DNA of 48,882 bases from Lacisediminihabitans sp. (GCA_039936355.1 JBDTIM010000095.1:1-48882); one strand, 5' to 3'; counted from the first letter of the stretch, positions 20,202 to 30,460 are shown. A program made the numbers and translations. Notes: generated from the sequence alone by a model not told the origin.

Positions 20202-21494
20202 ATGAGCACCACTGATTATGGCGCGAGTTTTGTGCTCACGGCGGCATATGTCATAGCTGGCGACGAGCTACGAATGCTGAGCCCCGGTTACGTCCGAGTG
20301 GATGACGGAGTCATTACGGATGTCGGCGAGGGAGCACCTCCCCTGGCCGACCATGCCGATTGTCCGATTATCGACTTGCCGGGGCAGCTCATCATGCCCG
20401 GTCTGATTAACTGCCACACCCACATCGGTGACACCGTCGTCAAAGAGCTCGGCTACGGCGTCCCTGCTGACGTCAACCTCCTCTGGCAGCCGGACGGCCT
20501 GCGCCACGTGCGGATGGGTGCGCTCGGTAGGGAAACCAGAGTGGCCGGGATTAGGCATGCCCTCCAGCGAGCACTGGCCACTGGAACGGTTGCCCTTGCG
20601 GACTTCAGAGAGGGCGGGGTCGAGGGCGTATTGGAGTTGCGTGAGGCCGCGGCCGGGCTGCCAATCCGGTGTCTCGCGTTCGCCAGATTCACCACGTTCC
20701 CCCTCCACGACGACGCGGCTCTGGAAGGTAACTCGATTGGACTCTCAGACGCTCAATTAGCGGAGTTAGATGCAGGGCTCGATGTGGCGGAGGGCTTTTC
20801 TCCGCTCTGGGCCAACGACACGACAGATCTTGGCCTCACCCAGATTGCACAGCGCGTGCGTTCCCGCGGAAAGCTCCTGGCGACGCACGCCGGAGAGACA
20901 GCGCAGTACCGCGAGCTGTCGAAAGCAAGAACGGGGCTTGGCGACGTGCAGCGGATAGCGAAGTTCCTCGCCCCCGACTTCGTCGTGCACATGACGTCGG
21001 CCACCGATGAGGAGCTCGAGGTAGCCGCGACTGCGGGGATTCCTGTGGTGATGTGCGCCAGGACCCAGGCCGCTCTCGGTTACGGCATCCCGCCGTTCGT
21101 GCGAGCGGCGCGGTGCGGCGCCACTCTCGGCCTAGGCACCGACAACGCAATGATTTCCAGCCCGGATCTGCTGGCGGAACTGGAGTTCATGTCACGGTCG
21201 CTACGCTCCAAAACCGGCGACCCCGCAGCGGTCGACGCCACAGCACTGCTTGCTTCGGTCACGGTTGACGCCGCCCGGATACTGAAACTCGATCACGAGC
21301 TCGGATCCCTTTCTGTCGGGAAGTCGGCAACCCTGCTCGTGATCGACATGGAGTCGGATAACCTCGTTGGGTCTGTCAACCCCATCGCCAGCATCGTTGA
21401 TAGGGCGAGTCCGACCGACCTCACGATGGTTCTGGTCGACGGCAAGCTCGCGCACGGGGCCTTGCCAGAATTGCTTCACAGCCCCCCCAATTAG
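20202..21494 (+). CDS. Metal-dependent amidohydrolase (deaminase/chlorohydrolase-like)
   Basis: MPGLINCHTH, THAGE, VHMT, LGTDN, GSLxxGKxA. Confidence 0.85.
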   Translation: MSTTDYGASFVLTAAYVIAGDELRMLSPGYVRVDDGVITDVGEGAPPLADHADCPIIDLPGQLIMPGLINCHTHIGDTVVKELGYGVPADVNLLWQPDGLRHVRMGALGRETRVAGIRHALQRALATGTVALADFREGGVEGVLELREAAAGLPIRCLAFARFTTFPLHDDAALEGNSIGLSDAQLAELDAGLDVAEGFSPLWANDTTDLGLTQIAQRVRSRGKLLATHAGETAQYRELSKARTGLGDVQRIAKFLAPDFVVHMTSATDEELEVAATAGIPVVMCARTQAALGYGIPPFVRAARCGATLGLGTDNAMISSPDLLAELEFMSRSLRSKTGDPAAVDATALLASVTVDAARILKLDHELGSLSVGKSATLLVIDMESDNLVGSVNPIASIVDRASPTDLTMVLVDGKLAHGALPELLHSPPN

Positions 21495-21628
21495 GACAAC
21501 AAGCAGAAGACGTCCGTCCACTCTGCCGACGACCTTGCGCTGTCGAGCTCGTCCTCCGTTCCAGCCGACGCGCGAGTCGCGACCCTGTCTGGCGTACACA
21601 AAGTCATCGAGCGGGTGCAGCCAGATTC

Positions 21629-21645
21629 GGTTCGCTAGCCGGAAC
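21629..21645. promoter_or_regulatory. Putative IclR operator
   Basis: GGTTC-GCTAGCC-GGAAC upstream of the SDR promoter. Confidence 0.65.
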
Positions 21646-21684
21646 GCTGGATACCCCGACATCCACATCAACCGCGCCAAACGC

Positions 21685-21713
21685 TTGAGTTGCGTGTGTT
21701 GCAGGCATACAAT
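21685..21713 (+). promoter_or_regulatory. SigA-type promoter
   Basis: TTGAGT-N17-TACAAT. Confidence 0.6.
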
Positions 21714-21816
21714 TAGGACTAAGTCGAGTTACCTTTGTTGCGTTCAGAGAAACACTGTAAATTTATATAACCCGGCAAGGGTAGGCCCGTAACGACTCGC
21801 GACAGGAGAACCCACC

Positions 21817-22560
21817 ATTCCTCGTGTAACTCTGATCACCGGAGGCGCCCAGGGTATTGGGCTAGAGATCGCCCGAGAGCTCGCTCGACGTGGCGACAGC
21901 ATCGCACTGGCTGACTTGGTGCCACGCTCGCAGACAGCCCTGACGGCCGGCGAGCTCGCAGAAAAGTACGGTACTGCCGTCGTACCTTTTCACGTGGATA
22001 TCCAGGACCCCGCGTCGTGTGAACAGCTCATTCAGGACGTCATAGAACAGTTCGGCCGACTCGATGTTGTGGTGAATAACGCGGGAGTCAACTATCGGGC
22101 AGTAGCGGTTGAGACCCCTGAGTCGGCTTGGACGTCTGTCATCAACACCAATCTCAACGGCACGTTCCGAATCTCTTCCTTAGCATTTCCATTCCTCCGC
22201 GAAAGCAAAGGAACGGTGGTCAATCTCGCGTCGACCGCAGGACACATCGCGGTGGCAGGTTCGGCTGCATACGCCGTGAGCAAGGCCGCGATAATTCACC
22301 TCACGCGAGTACTCGCCCTAGAGTGGGCCGAATTTGGTGTGCGAGTAAACGCGGTCGGACCCACGATCGTTCCCACCTCGATGACTCAGGGCCTCCTCAC
22401 GAACGCAGAATATATGAGTAAGAAGCTGGGCTCGATCCCCCTGGGCGAGGTGGCCCTGCCCGCGGATGTCGCCCACGCGGTGGCATGGCTCGCGTCGCCA
22501 GAGGCACGCATGGTCACCGGGCACACAATATTCGTTGACGGTGGCGCCACGATCGTGTGA
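21817..22560 (+). CDS. Short-chain dehydrogenase/reductase with probable ATT start
   Basis: TGGAQGIG (upstream of the ORF-track start at 21916 but in frame), NNAG, YAVSK, VTG..I.VDGG. ATT at 21817 lies 8 nt after GGAG. Confidence 0.85.
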   Translation: MPRVTLITGGAQGIGLEIARELARRGDSIALADLVPRSQTALTAGELAEKYGTAVVPFHVDIQDPASCEQLIQDVIEQFGRLDVVVNNAGVNYRAVAVETPESAWTSVINTNLNGTFRISSLAFPFLRESKGTVVNLASTAGHIAVAGSAAYAVSKAAIIHLTRVLALEWAEFGVRVNAVGPTIVPTSMTQGLLTNAEYMSKKLGSIPLGEVALPADVAHAVAWLASPEARMVTGHTIFVDGGATIV

Positions 22561-22581
22561 CACCACAGTCCAAACGCCGCA

Positions 22582-23418
22582 ATGTCGAATATGGGAGACG
22601 AATTGGTTCGCGCACAGCCGCGGGTGATATCTGGAGACTTCCAGACACCGAAATTGACGGTTCATTTTCGGACAGTTTCGTCTCCAGGTTATGCACGTCC
22701 TTCGCTGGTCATGCTTCACCAGTCGCCGCTGTCATCGCGCAGATACCAGAAGTTGTTACCATTCCTCGCAGAGTTCTGTACGCCGTACGCTCTCGACACA
22801 CCGGGCTTTGGTGAGTCGACACCTCCGGACGGCGAATGGGCTGTCGCAGATTATTCGAAGGTCGTCACCGACTTCGCTGAGTCGCTAAGGCCTGGCATAG
22901 TATTTCTCTTCGGTCGCGCAACCGGAGCTGTGTTTGCCCTGCACGCAGCATCGATGAGAAAAGATCTCTTCGACGGGGTGATTCTCCACGGCTTGCCGGT
23001 GTACACCGTGGAGGAGCGCGAACAACGCCTCCGCTCCTTCGCCCCACCGTATTTAATCAATGACAGTGGCGATCATTTCACCTGGATCTGGAACAGGATT
23101 CATTCTGAGTACCCAACAATCGATGCAAGCCTCGCGACGAACCTTGTCCGGGACTTTCTCGATGCCGGTCCGGACTTCGCAACCGCGTACCGAGCTATCT
23201 GGCGGGAGGATGTACAGCTGTGGAGCGGGGGGCTCTCTATCCCCACCCTCTTGGTAGGCGGAGACAAAGACCGCATCAAATACATGTTCCCCCGCGCATG
23301 CGCGCTATTTCCCGAAGCCACCTCGGTTATGATCCCCGAGGCGACAGACTTTGTTGCCGAACAAGATCCCGAAGGATTTGCACAAGTCATCCGGAAATTC
23401 ATAGCGCCCACCGTGTAG
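22582..23418 (+). CDS. Alpha/beta-hydrolase fold protein with non-canonical catalytic residues
   Basis: LVMLHQSP, ALDTPGFGES, elbow GRATG, PTLLVGGDKD, IPEATDF. Confidence 0.8.
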   Translation: MSNMGDELVRAQPRVISGDFQTPKLTVHFRTVSSPGYARPSLVMLHQSPLSSRRYQKLLPFLAEFCTPYALDTPGFGESTPPDGEWAVADYSKVVTDFAESLRPGIVFLFGRATGAVFALHAASMRKDLFDGVILHGLPVYTVEEREQRLRSFAPPYLINDSGDHFTWIWNRIHSEYPTIDASLATNLVRDFLDAGPDFATAYRAIWREDVQLWSGGLSIPTLLVGGDKDRIKYMFPRACALFPEATSVMIPEATDFVAEQDPEGFAQVIRKFIAPTV

Positions 23419-23559
23419 GGATAGTTCGACTGCGACAGTACAAACAGCCACGGCATAACCGGACCCGGCGAGGCAAGCACCCTCCAAGAATGACTCCCGA
23501 ACGCCTACAAAGAGAGCTGGAGCGGAGTGAGCTCGCCTTGTGGGTCTGCTCGGTAGACC

Positions 23560-25218
23560 TCAGCGGCTAAGTTGTGAGAACTCCCTGCTACGACCAGCCA
23601 ACATGTTGATGAGAGCATCGGAATCCACTGGCAATTCATCGCCGCACCATGCCACGTGCCCGTCTGGGCGCACTACCACCAGCGGTACACCATAAAGGGT
23701 GATGAGTTCCTTCTCTCGGATAGTCTGCTCGACTATAGGCAACCCTCGCTCTGTCGCAGAGCTCACGAAGCCACTGACGTCTGGAGCAGTTTCACCCATA
23801 CGCAGGATCACATAACCGGTTCCGAACAGATCCAGAATGGATCGACCGTCGGATAGCCACCCATGAGGAGCCCGCTTACCTGGTCTCACTTCCGGAACAA
23901 AGTCCACTGCCTCAAATGGTGCAGGGGTGCTCGTTCCGTAGTCAATGATCGGAGATCCAACATATTGATACCCGAGATGGATACCGACCGGCTTCCACGC
24001 CTTCATGTTCTCGTCGTGAAGCTGGCGACCCAGTTTCTTTCTGGCTGCCTCCCCTTCTGGACTGAGATCTGTAACGTGCGCTACTTGGGTTGCCGCAGTA
24101 AGCCGATCGTAATTGGCGAGCGCCTCTTCAACAACGAGAAGCGCTATCGGGCGCCTCTCCGATTCGTAGCTCTCCACCACGCCCGGGCCAGCCCACCCTT
24201 GGACCGCCGCGGCGAGTTTCCACGCGAGGTTCATGGAATCAGCGAACCCCGTGTTCATCCCGAAGCCCCCGTTCGGTGGAACGGGATGAACTGCGTCCCC
24301 TGCTAGGTACACGCGACCTTCCTGGAATCGGTCAGCAACCAGAGCCCGACGCACCCACCTCTCAGCAGGCGCCAATTCATACTCGAAATCGCCGCCTATC
24401 TTGCGCATGGCCGCCTCGATGTCGATGTCACTGACGTCCTGGTCATTTGCTCCATAGAACGTCAGCCGCCACAAATCCACTCCGTTGACCGCCATGACAG
24501 TGGCCCAAGTTCCTTGCTCGCCCACCATCACATAGCGTTTCGCGTGATCGATAACTCCCAGATTGTTGAACTCGGCCGACCGAAACATGTGGTTGAGTGA
24601 ATGGTCAACGACACCTCTGCCGCTGAATGGGATGTTGAGTCCCGACCGCACTGCACTCGTAAACCCGTCGCATCCAACGAGATAGTCCGCAGTGATCTGA
24701 TATGTTTCGCCGGTTGCGCGGTCAAGAACATTGGCCGTGACACCGTCAGCGTCCTGCGTTAAGGATAAGAACTCCTGCTGGTATTCGATCTCTATCCCAT
24801 CAAACGACAGCGCAAGGTCTCGCATGATCGGATCGAATGACGTTTGCGGGCAATGTACCTGCCATTCCGGGCTAAACGCTGACGGACCGAGTTCACCTGG
24901 GGTCGGCATTTTAATGCGGGCTATTTCTACGCCCGTCATCGACGTGATGAAAGCGTTATCTAGTGGATAGTCCTGAGGAAACCCCCAGTGTTTGATCCGG
25001 TCAGTGACTCCCAGTCGGCGGCAGAACTCCATCGTTCGGACGCCGATGTCCATGATCTTGACGGCTGGATTAACTCGGTTCTCACTACGCTCAATTAATA
25101 GTGCAGAAACGCCACGTGAACCGAGGTCAGAAGCCAACGCGAGCCCGATCGGACCACCACCGACAATCAATACTGGAGTGTGGCGGGGCTTACCCTTACC
25201 GCTTGAGTCATTCTTCAT
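23560..25218 (-). CDS. FAD-dependent monooxygenase (PheA/TfdB aromatic hydroxylase type) with C-terminal thioredoxin-like domain
   Basis: IVGGGPIG, VGCDG, LAGDAVH..PP.GG.GMNTG..D..NL.WKL, VRPDGHVAW. The ATG at 25218 has an AGGAAAG RBS. Confidence 0.9.
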   Translation of the reverse strand: MKNDSSGKGKPRHTPVLIVGGGPIGLALASDLGSRGVSALLIERSENRVNPAVKIMDIGVRTMEFCRRLGVTDRIKHWGFPQDYPLDNAFITSMTGVEIARIKMPTPGELGPSAFSPEWQVHCPQTSFDPIMRDLALSFDGIEIEYQQEFLSLTQDADGVTANVLDRATGETYQITADYLVGCDGFTSAVRSGLNIPFSGRGVVDHSLNHMFRSAEFNNLGVIDHAKRYVMVGEQGTWATVMAVNGVDLWRLTFYGANDQDVSDIDIEAAMRKIGGDFEYELAPAERWVRRALVADRFQEGRVYLAGDAVHPVPPNGGFGMNTGFADSMNLAWKLAAAVQGWAGPGVVESYESERRPIALLVVEEALANYDRLTAATQVAHVTDLSPEGEAARKKLGRQLHDENMKAWKPVGIHLGYQYVGSPIIDYGTSTPAPFEAVDFVPEVRPGKRAPHGWLSDGRSILDLFGTGYVILRMGETAPDVSGFVSSATERGLPIVEQTIREKELITLYGVPLVVVRPDGHVAWCGDELPVDSDALINMLAGRSREFSQLSR

Positions 25219-25378
25219 TTCTTTCCTACAATCCTTTCGATAGTGTGTGCTTCCGGACCTCGGGGCCGCGTTCAGCGGAACGTGAAATCCAGTTGCCAAT
25301 CTCTAAAAGGCGCGAGTCTTGTGCGCCCAACGGTGGAGAGGTGAAATACAGGTGTCGAGCGGTTTTCTCCATGACCGC

Positions 25379-26275
25379 TTAGCTATCCCGCTGACGAATG
25401 AGCACTGACTCGTGCCAAGGGATCAGCACTCGACGCAAGACTGCAAATATTGAGTACAGTGCGAACCCGAGCAATGTCATCAAAAGTATTGACCCGTACA
25501 ACTCAGGAACTTGCAAATCATTCTGAAGTTGCACAGCCAGGCGCCCAAGACCCCGATCTCCGGCTAAGTACTCCCCAACAATCGCGCCGATCAGGGACAG
25601 GATCATGCCCATTTCGGCCCCAGTGAGCACGTAAGGGGTCATGTGCGGGATTTCGAGCTTGCGGAACCTCTGCCACATCGTGGCTCTCAAAGAAGTCATC
25701 ATTTCGCCCATGGCAGGAGAAACAGATCTTATTCCGAATGACGTGTTAACCAGAATTGGGAAGAATGCGAGAAGAGACGCGATCGCAATTTTCGATGAAA
25801 TATCAAACCCGAACCACAGGATAAACAGAGGAACAAGCGCAACCTTTGGCACCACCTGCGAGGCGACAACAAACGGATTCGCAATCGCTTCGACCGGCCG
25901 AAACTTGCCCATGAGGTAACCTCCGGTGACCCCGAGGAGGAATCCAATGATAAAGCCAAGGATTGTCTCGACAAGGGTCGTCCACACATGCAACTGCCAT
26001 ATATACGGCTGTTGAATCATATGGAAAAACGCCCCAAATACTTCCCAAGGTGAGGGCAAGACGAACTTGGAAATGCCCGAGACGTTGATGTAGAGCTGCC
26101 AAGCGAGCAACGCAAGCACGACGATTATCGGGGTAGACACATACGCGAGCCATCGGCTTTGCCAGACGTTCGTCCAAGACGAGCGCCCTCCTGAGTTGCG
26201 CCCGTCCGGAGCGGGTGACAGGCCCGCTACCGCTCGAGTGCGCACGCGGTTTCGCCGCGAAATAGTGTTATTCAT
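25379..26275 (-). CDS. ABC permease, NitT/TauT (SsuC/TauC) family
   Basis: LPSP, VPKVALVPLFILWFG, AIVGEY...GLG. The ATG at 26275 overlaps the ATPase stop region and has a GGAG RBS. Confidence 0.9.
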   Translation of the reverse strand: MNNTISRRNRVRTRAVAGLSPAPDGRNSGGRSSWTNVWQSRWLAYVSTPIIVVLALLAWQLYINVSGISKFVLPSPWEVFGAFFHMIQQPYIWQLHVWTTLVETILGFIIGFLLGVTGGYLMGKFRPVEAIANPFVVASQVVPKVALVPLFILWFGFDISSKIAIASLLAFFPILVNTSFGIRSVSPAMGEMMTSLRATMWQRFRKLEIPHMTPYVLTGAEMGMILSLIGAIVGEYLAGDRGLGRLAVQLQNDLQVPELYGSILLMTLLGFALYSIFAVLRRVLIPWHESVLIRQRDS

Positions 26276-27107
26276 GTTCAGACTCCAACTCTTTACGGAG
26301 TTGCTGCACGATAGTGGTGAATTCGGGATTATCAAACAGATCGAGGGTCCGAGGCCGTTCAAATCCAATTTTTGTGATCGACGCGATTCGACCGGGGTGA
26401 CTCGCCAGGAGAACTACTCGGTCTGCCAAGAACACGGCCTCTGGGATTGAATGGGTCACGAAGACAACCGTCGTAGGGCGTTCAATCCACAGACGCTGTA
26501 GCTCTATTCCCATGTTGTCTCGCGTCTGGGCGTCTAGCGCCCCGAATGGCTCATCCATCAAGAGCACAGAAGGGTCGAACGAGAGGGCTCTGGCTATGGC
26601 TACTCGTTGGCGCATTCCACCGGATAGCTGCCGCGGAAACGAAGACCCCACACCTTCCAGGCCAACCAGCTTCAACAATTCCGCCGAACGAGTCTTACGC
26701 GCGGCCTTCCGGACCTTGCGCATCTCGAGAGGAAGCTCGATGTTCCGAGCAATATTTCGCCATTGCATCAGATTGGGCTCTTGAAATACGAAACCGAGTT
26801 GATCAAGACCACTATCGTCAGTAACTTCTCCAGATTGGGCGTCTACCAGACGAACTTGACCCGCGGTCGGCTGAATCAGACCGCCGATGATGCGGAGCAA
26901 CGTCGTTTTCCCGCAACCCGACGGTCCGAGGAAGACGACAAACTCTCCACTTGATATTTCAAGGTCAATCGAGTCAAGAATCGTCGGTCCAGATTGGGCA
27001 CCAAACCGTTTGCTGACCTGAGAGACGCGAATTCCGGCGGCGTGAATATCTCCGGAATCCTTAGCTGCGCCGAGCCGAGCGTTACCGCGCTTGGCAAGAC
27101 TCATCAT
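26268..27107 (-). CDS. ABC ATP-binding protein, NitT/TauT family
   Basis: GPSGCGKTT, LSGGMRQR, LMDEPFGALD, FVTHSIPEAVFLADR. Confidence 0.93.
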   Translation of the reverse strand: MMSLAKRGNARLGAAKDSGDIHAAGIRVSQVSKRFGAQSGPTILDSIDLEISSGEFVVFLGPSGCGKTTLLRIIGGLIQPTAGQVRLVDAQSGEVTDDSGLDQLGFVFQEPNLMQWRNIARNIELPLEMRKVRKAARKTRSAELLKLVGLEGVGSSFPRQLSGGMRQRVAIARALSFDPSVLLMDEPFGALDAQTRDNMGIELQRLWIERPTTVVFVTHSIPEAVFLADRVVLLASHPGRIASITKIGFERPRTLDLFDNPEFTTIVQQLRKELESEHE

Positions 27108-27222
27108 CGTGTCACCAAGCCCTTCTGGGAATGAGCGCTATAGAGCGAATCTTGCAGGGCCTTGACCTCGTAGAACTTCACTCTGCCGCCTCACTTCTCC
27201 CTAAATTTTCAACCACTCAAGT

Positions 27223-27346
27223 GTTCCGGTAGGCGAACCCGCAACTGGAATAATTAGCGGCTCTAGACACACAACCATAACTGTTTCCCGAGATATCTGT
27301 CAATAGAGCGATCTTGGTGCTCACAAGATGGTCCTCCTAGCGAAAC
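27223..27346 (-). promoter_or_regulatory. SigA promoter bracketed by two putative IclR operators
   Basis: Minus strand TTGACA (27303-27298)-N18-TATGGT (27279-27274). Operators GTTCC-GGTAGGC-GAACC (27223-27239) and GGTCC-TCCTAGC-GAAAC (27330-27346). Confidence 0.7.
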
Positions 27347-27553
27347 ACCAAACTGCGCGGCTGAGCACGCGGCCCTTCCGTGCAGTCAGTGAGCGAATGG
27401 AACTAGGCCCGGTAGCACAGTGGTCCTTGGCGCGCTGCCGCCCAGCCCTCGACCGCGCGTAGAGAGCCAAGTCATCCTGTCCCTTTTATCGTTTTAGCAA
27501 GGCAGTCCGTTCTAAGGTCGGCGAACATCTGATGATCTAGTCGCCAGGCTGCA

Positions 27554-29017
27554 TTACCCGCGCCGCTGCACCATGTCTCCGATCGACACTGCCAGGCATA
27601 GGAGCAAAATGGCGATAATCACGGCAAACGCTACGGTGATCGCTGTTGTCCATCCAAAATGGGCCTGCACACCAAAGACAATCGCAGTGATCACCCCGAG
27701 GCCTATTGCAGAACCAATCCGCTGGCCTGTCTGCAGGATTCCCCCTGTGCTCCCTGCATACGCGATTGGGGCGTCAGCTAGAGTGATTGTCTGGTTCGGA
27801 CTGATCACCGCTCCCTGCGCAATTCCAATGAGGGTAAGTGTCCCGAGCAACCACCAGATGCTTGCACGCCCTTGAGTCTCAAGAACGATGACGAGAATGC
27901 TCGAAGCCATCCCGATGATTGCAATGAAGATCCCACCCGTAACAATTCGGCGTCCGTAATACGTGACGTGTCGCCCGGTCCATCGAGCCGTGAACGCCGA
28001 ACACACGGCGCTTGGTAGCCCGATGACGCCGGCTTCGAATGCTGTGTGCCCGAGTGCTTGTTGCATGTACAACGCCACAAGTACCCAGATACCGGTGGCA
28101 CCAAAGAAATAGATTGTGGCGAGCACCACTCCGTTCGAGAAGCCTCTAGACCGAAAGATAGCCATGTCGACCATGGGGTCGCGCCCCGAATTTCTGTACC
28201 GAAGCTCCCAGCCAACCCACACGAGCACGAGCACAATTCCGGCTGGCATAAGAAGCCAGGTCCACACTGTGGTTGGCGGCGTCATAAAGGGCAGAAGGAT
28301 GATCACAATTGAGCTGCTGAGAAGGATGATGCCCACCGGATCGAGATCTAAACCCGCCGGGCGGCCGGCAGCCAAGGCGCCTCTGGGGCTCGAGGGCCGC
28401 GCGCGTTTCGCATAGAGCGGTCGCGGAAACCATCGCAGCGCGAGAGTGATGGCGATGAGACTCACGGGCACGTTCACAAAAAAAGTCCAGCGCCACCCCT
28501 CCGCTTCCCCCGCTAGAGCGATGATGCCACCACCCAGAAGGGGCCCTAACCCCATGGACAGGCCTACAGTCGTCCCGTACATTCCAAACGCCCGTGCTCG
28601 ATCGTAGCCGCGGAAATAGTGCTGAATCATGCCGATTATTTGAGGACTGAGAATCCCGGATCCGAGACCTTGGACAAACCTCGCGACTTTGAGCAGCGAA
28701 ATATCGCTTGCCAGTCCGGCGGCAATTGACGCCGCACAAAAAAGTACAACACCAAAAACATATAGACCGCCGCGTCCAAGGACATCCCCGGCACGACCTG
28801 CCGCAACAAGGACGACTCCGAACGTTATCGCGTAGCCCGAAAGCACCCACTGCAGGTCGGACTCGCTGGCGCCCAGACTGAACTGCATCGACGGCAGAGC
28901 AACGTTGATGATACTGACGCCGATCAGACTCATGCTTACCGTGACTAGCAGCACGGAAAGAATCTTCCAGCGTGCGGGCTCGGAGCTAGTCCTAGGGGAT
29001 TCTCGTCGAGATTTCAC
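27554..29017 (-). CDS. MFS transporter, DHA2 (14-TMS) family
   Basis: NVALP, GRAGDVLGR (motif A), GPLLGG, WRWTFFVNVP. Confidence 0.88.
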   Translation of the reverse strand: MKSRRESPRTSSEPARWKILSVLLVTVSMSLIGVSIINVALPSMQFSLGASESDLQWVLSGYAITFGVVLVAAGRAGDVLGRGGLYVFGVVLFCAASIAAGLASDISLLKVARFVQGLGSGILSPQIIGMIQHYFRGYDRARAFGMYGTTVGLSMGLGPLLGGGIIALAGEAEGWRWTFFVNVPVSLIAITLALRWFPRPLYAKRARPSSPRGALAAGRPAGLDLDPVGIILLSSSIVIILLPFMTPPTTVWTWLLMPAGIVLVLVWVGWELRYRNSGRDPMVDMAIFRSRGFSNGVVLATIYFFGATGIWVLVALYMQQALGHTAFEAGVIGLPSAVCSAFTARWTGRHVTYYGRRIVTGGIFIAIIGMASSILVIVLETQGRASIWWLLGTLTLIGIAQGAVISPNQTITLADAPIAYAGSTGGILQTGQRIGSAIGLGVITAIVFGVQAHFGWTTAITVAFAVIIAILLLCLAVSIGDMVQRRG

Positions 29018-29047
29018 TGGGCAATGATCAGCGGCTCCCTGCGCGAA

Positions 29048-30460
29048 TTAATGCGATCCGAGCTTGAACTGCGCAGATATGCCAGGGTTGAGGGAGGTCC
29101 ATACAGACTTGGGTCGGGTGTAAAGCCGAGCAGCCTCGGTCCCGTTCTCGCGTCCATATCCCGACGATCCCACACCCCCGAACGGAACCAGCTCTGACAA
29201 GATCCGGTAGGTGTTGATCCACACCGTTCCCGCCTTAATCGCTCGGGCAACCTTGTGAGCCCTCGAGATATCGGAGGTCCAAATTCCAGCGGAAAGGCCA
29301 AACTCCGTTGAGTTGGCTAGTTGGACAGCCTCATCGTCGCTCGAAAACTTTGTCACTGCCAATACCGGCCCAAATACTTCTTCTCGCAGGAGCCGAGCAT
29401 TGGGGTCGAGGTCGTCGAAAATTGTCGGTGGAACGAAAAAGCCATTGGCAATGCTTGGGTCTGTCGGCATCTTCGACTGTGCAACTATCGTGCCGACTCC
29501 CTTCGACTCTTCGATAAAAGCCAATGTTTTGTCGCGTTGCAGTGACGTGATTTGCGGGCCGATGTCGGTGGCACTTTCGAATGGATTTCCTACGATGAAG
29601 TTTCGTACCCGCTCCGAGAGCCGGTCTACCACCTCACGATGGATTGACTCGTGAACGATAAGGCGTGAACCAGCGATACACATTTGCCCGCAGGACGCGA
29701 ATACACCGAGCGACACCGCGTCGATCGCGCGATCTAGGTCCGCATCGGCGAAAAGGACCTGCGGTGATTTACCACCCAGCTCAAGAGCAATGGGAATCAG
29801 ATTGTCGGCCGCACTTCGCGCAATGGCCTTTCCGGTCGCGTCACTACCCGTGAACACGATGAGGTCTATGTCGCGACTAGCAACGATCGCGGCGCCGACC
29901 TCACGGCCGCCAACAAGCACCTGAACGAGATTCTCAGGGACCCCGGCTTCGACGAGCAGATCAGACAACAAGAGCGCAGTAAGTGGAGTATCTTCCGCAG
30001 GCTTGAGAACGCAGGCGTTACCGAATGCCAGGGACGGTGCAATCTTCTTTGCAGCGAAGAAGAAAGGTACGTTCCATGGGATGATTCCTGCGACCACCCC
30101 GTATGGTTCGCGCAGGGTATAGACGAGATGGTCCTCATCGACGGGGATGGTCTCACCGACAACTTTGTCAGCCCACCCGGCATAGTAGCGGAATGCCTCC
30201 GCTGCTCGGAGGACTTCTCTCTTGGTGTCCGAGAGTATCTTCCCCGTATTGCGACTTTCCAGTTCCGCAATCTCAGTTGCACGTCGTTCGATAGCGGCCG
30301 CAACGTCCCCTAAAATTCGTCCGCGGTCAGTCGCTGTACGCCGGGCCCAACCGACTTGCGCCTCCTTTGCAGCTGAAATGCGGGCTGCAACACCGGCTGC
30401 AGTTTCCGGTTCGAGCTCAGCGAGCACACTCGCATCGATTGGCGATACAACTTGCATCAT
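29048..30460 (-). CDS. Aldehyde dehydrogenase
   Basis: IIPWN, KPAE.TP, FTGS, LELGGKSP, GQMCIAGSR, EEVFGP. Confidence 0.93.
   Translation of the reverse strand: MMQVVSPIDASVLAELEPETAAGVAARISAAKEAQVGWARRTATDRGRILGDVAAAIERRATEIAELESRNTGKILSDTKREVLRAAEAFRYYAGWADKVVGETIPVDEDHLVYTLREPYGVVAGIIPWNVPFFFAAKKIAPSLAFGNACVLKPAEDTPLTALLLSDLLVEAGVPENLVQVLVGGREVGAAIVASRDIDLIVFTGSDATGKAIARSAADNLIPIALELGGKSPQVLFADADLDRAIDAVSLGVFASCGQMCIAGSRLIVHESIHREVVDRLSERVRNFIVGNPFESATDIGPQITSLQRDKTLAFIEESKGVGTIVAQSKMPTDPSIANGFFVPPTIFDDLDPNARLLREEVFGPVLAVTKFSSDDEAVQLANSTEFGLSAGIWTSDISRAHKVARAIKAGTVWINTYRILSELVPFGGVGSSGYGRENGTEAARLYTRPKSVWTSLNPGISAQFKLGSH

Noticed and set aside
19769-25218. Secondary-metabolite biosynthetic cluster (SnoaL, cyclase, monooxygenases, DHA2 MFS)
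   Set aside because: No PKS, NRPS, terpene or RiPP core is present, while importers and an IclR regulator point to catabolism.
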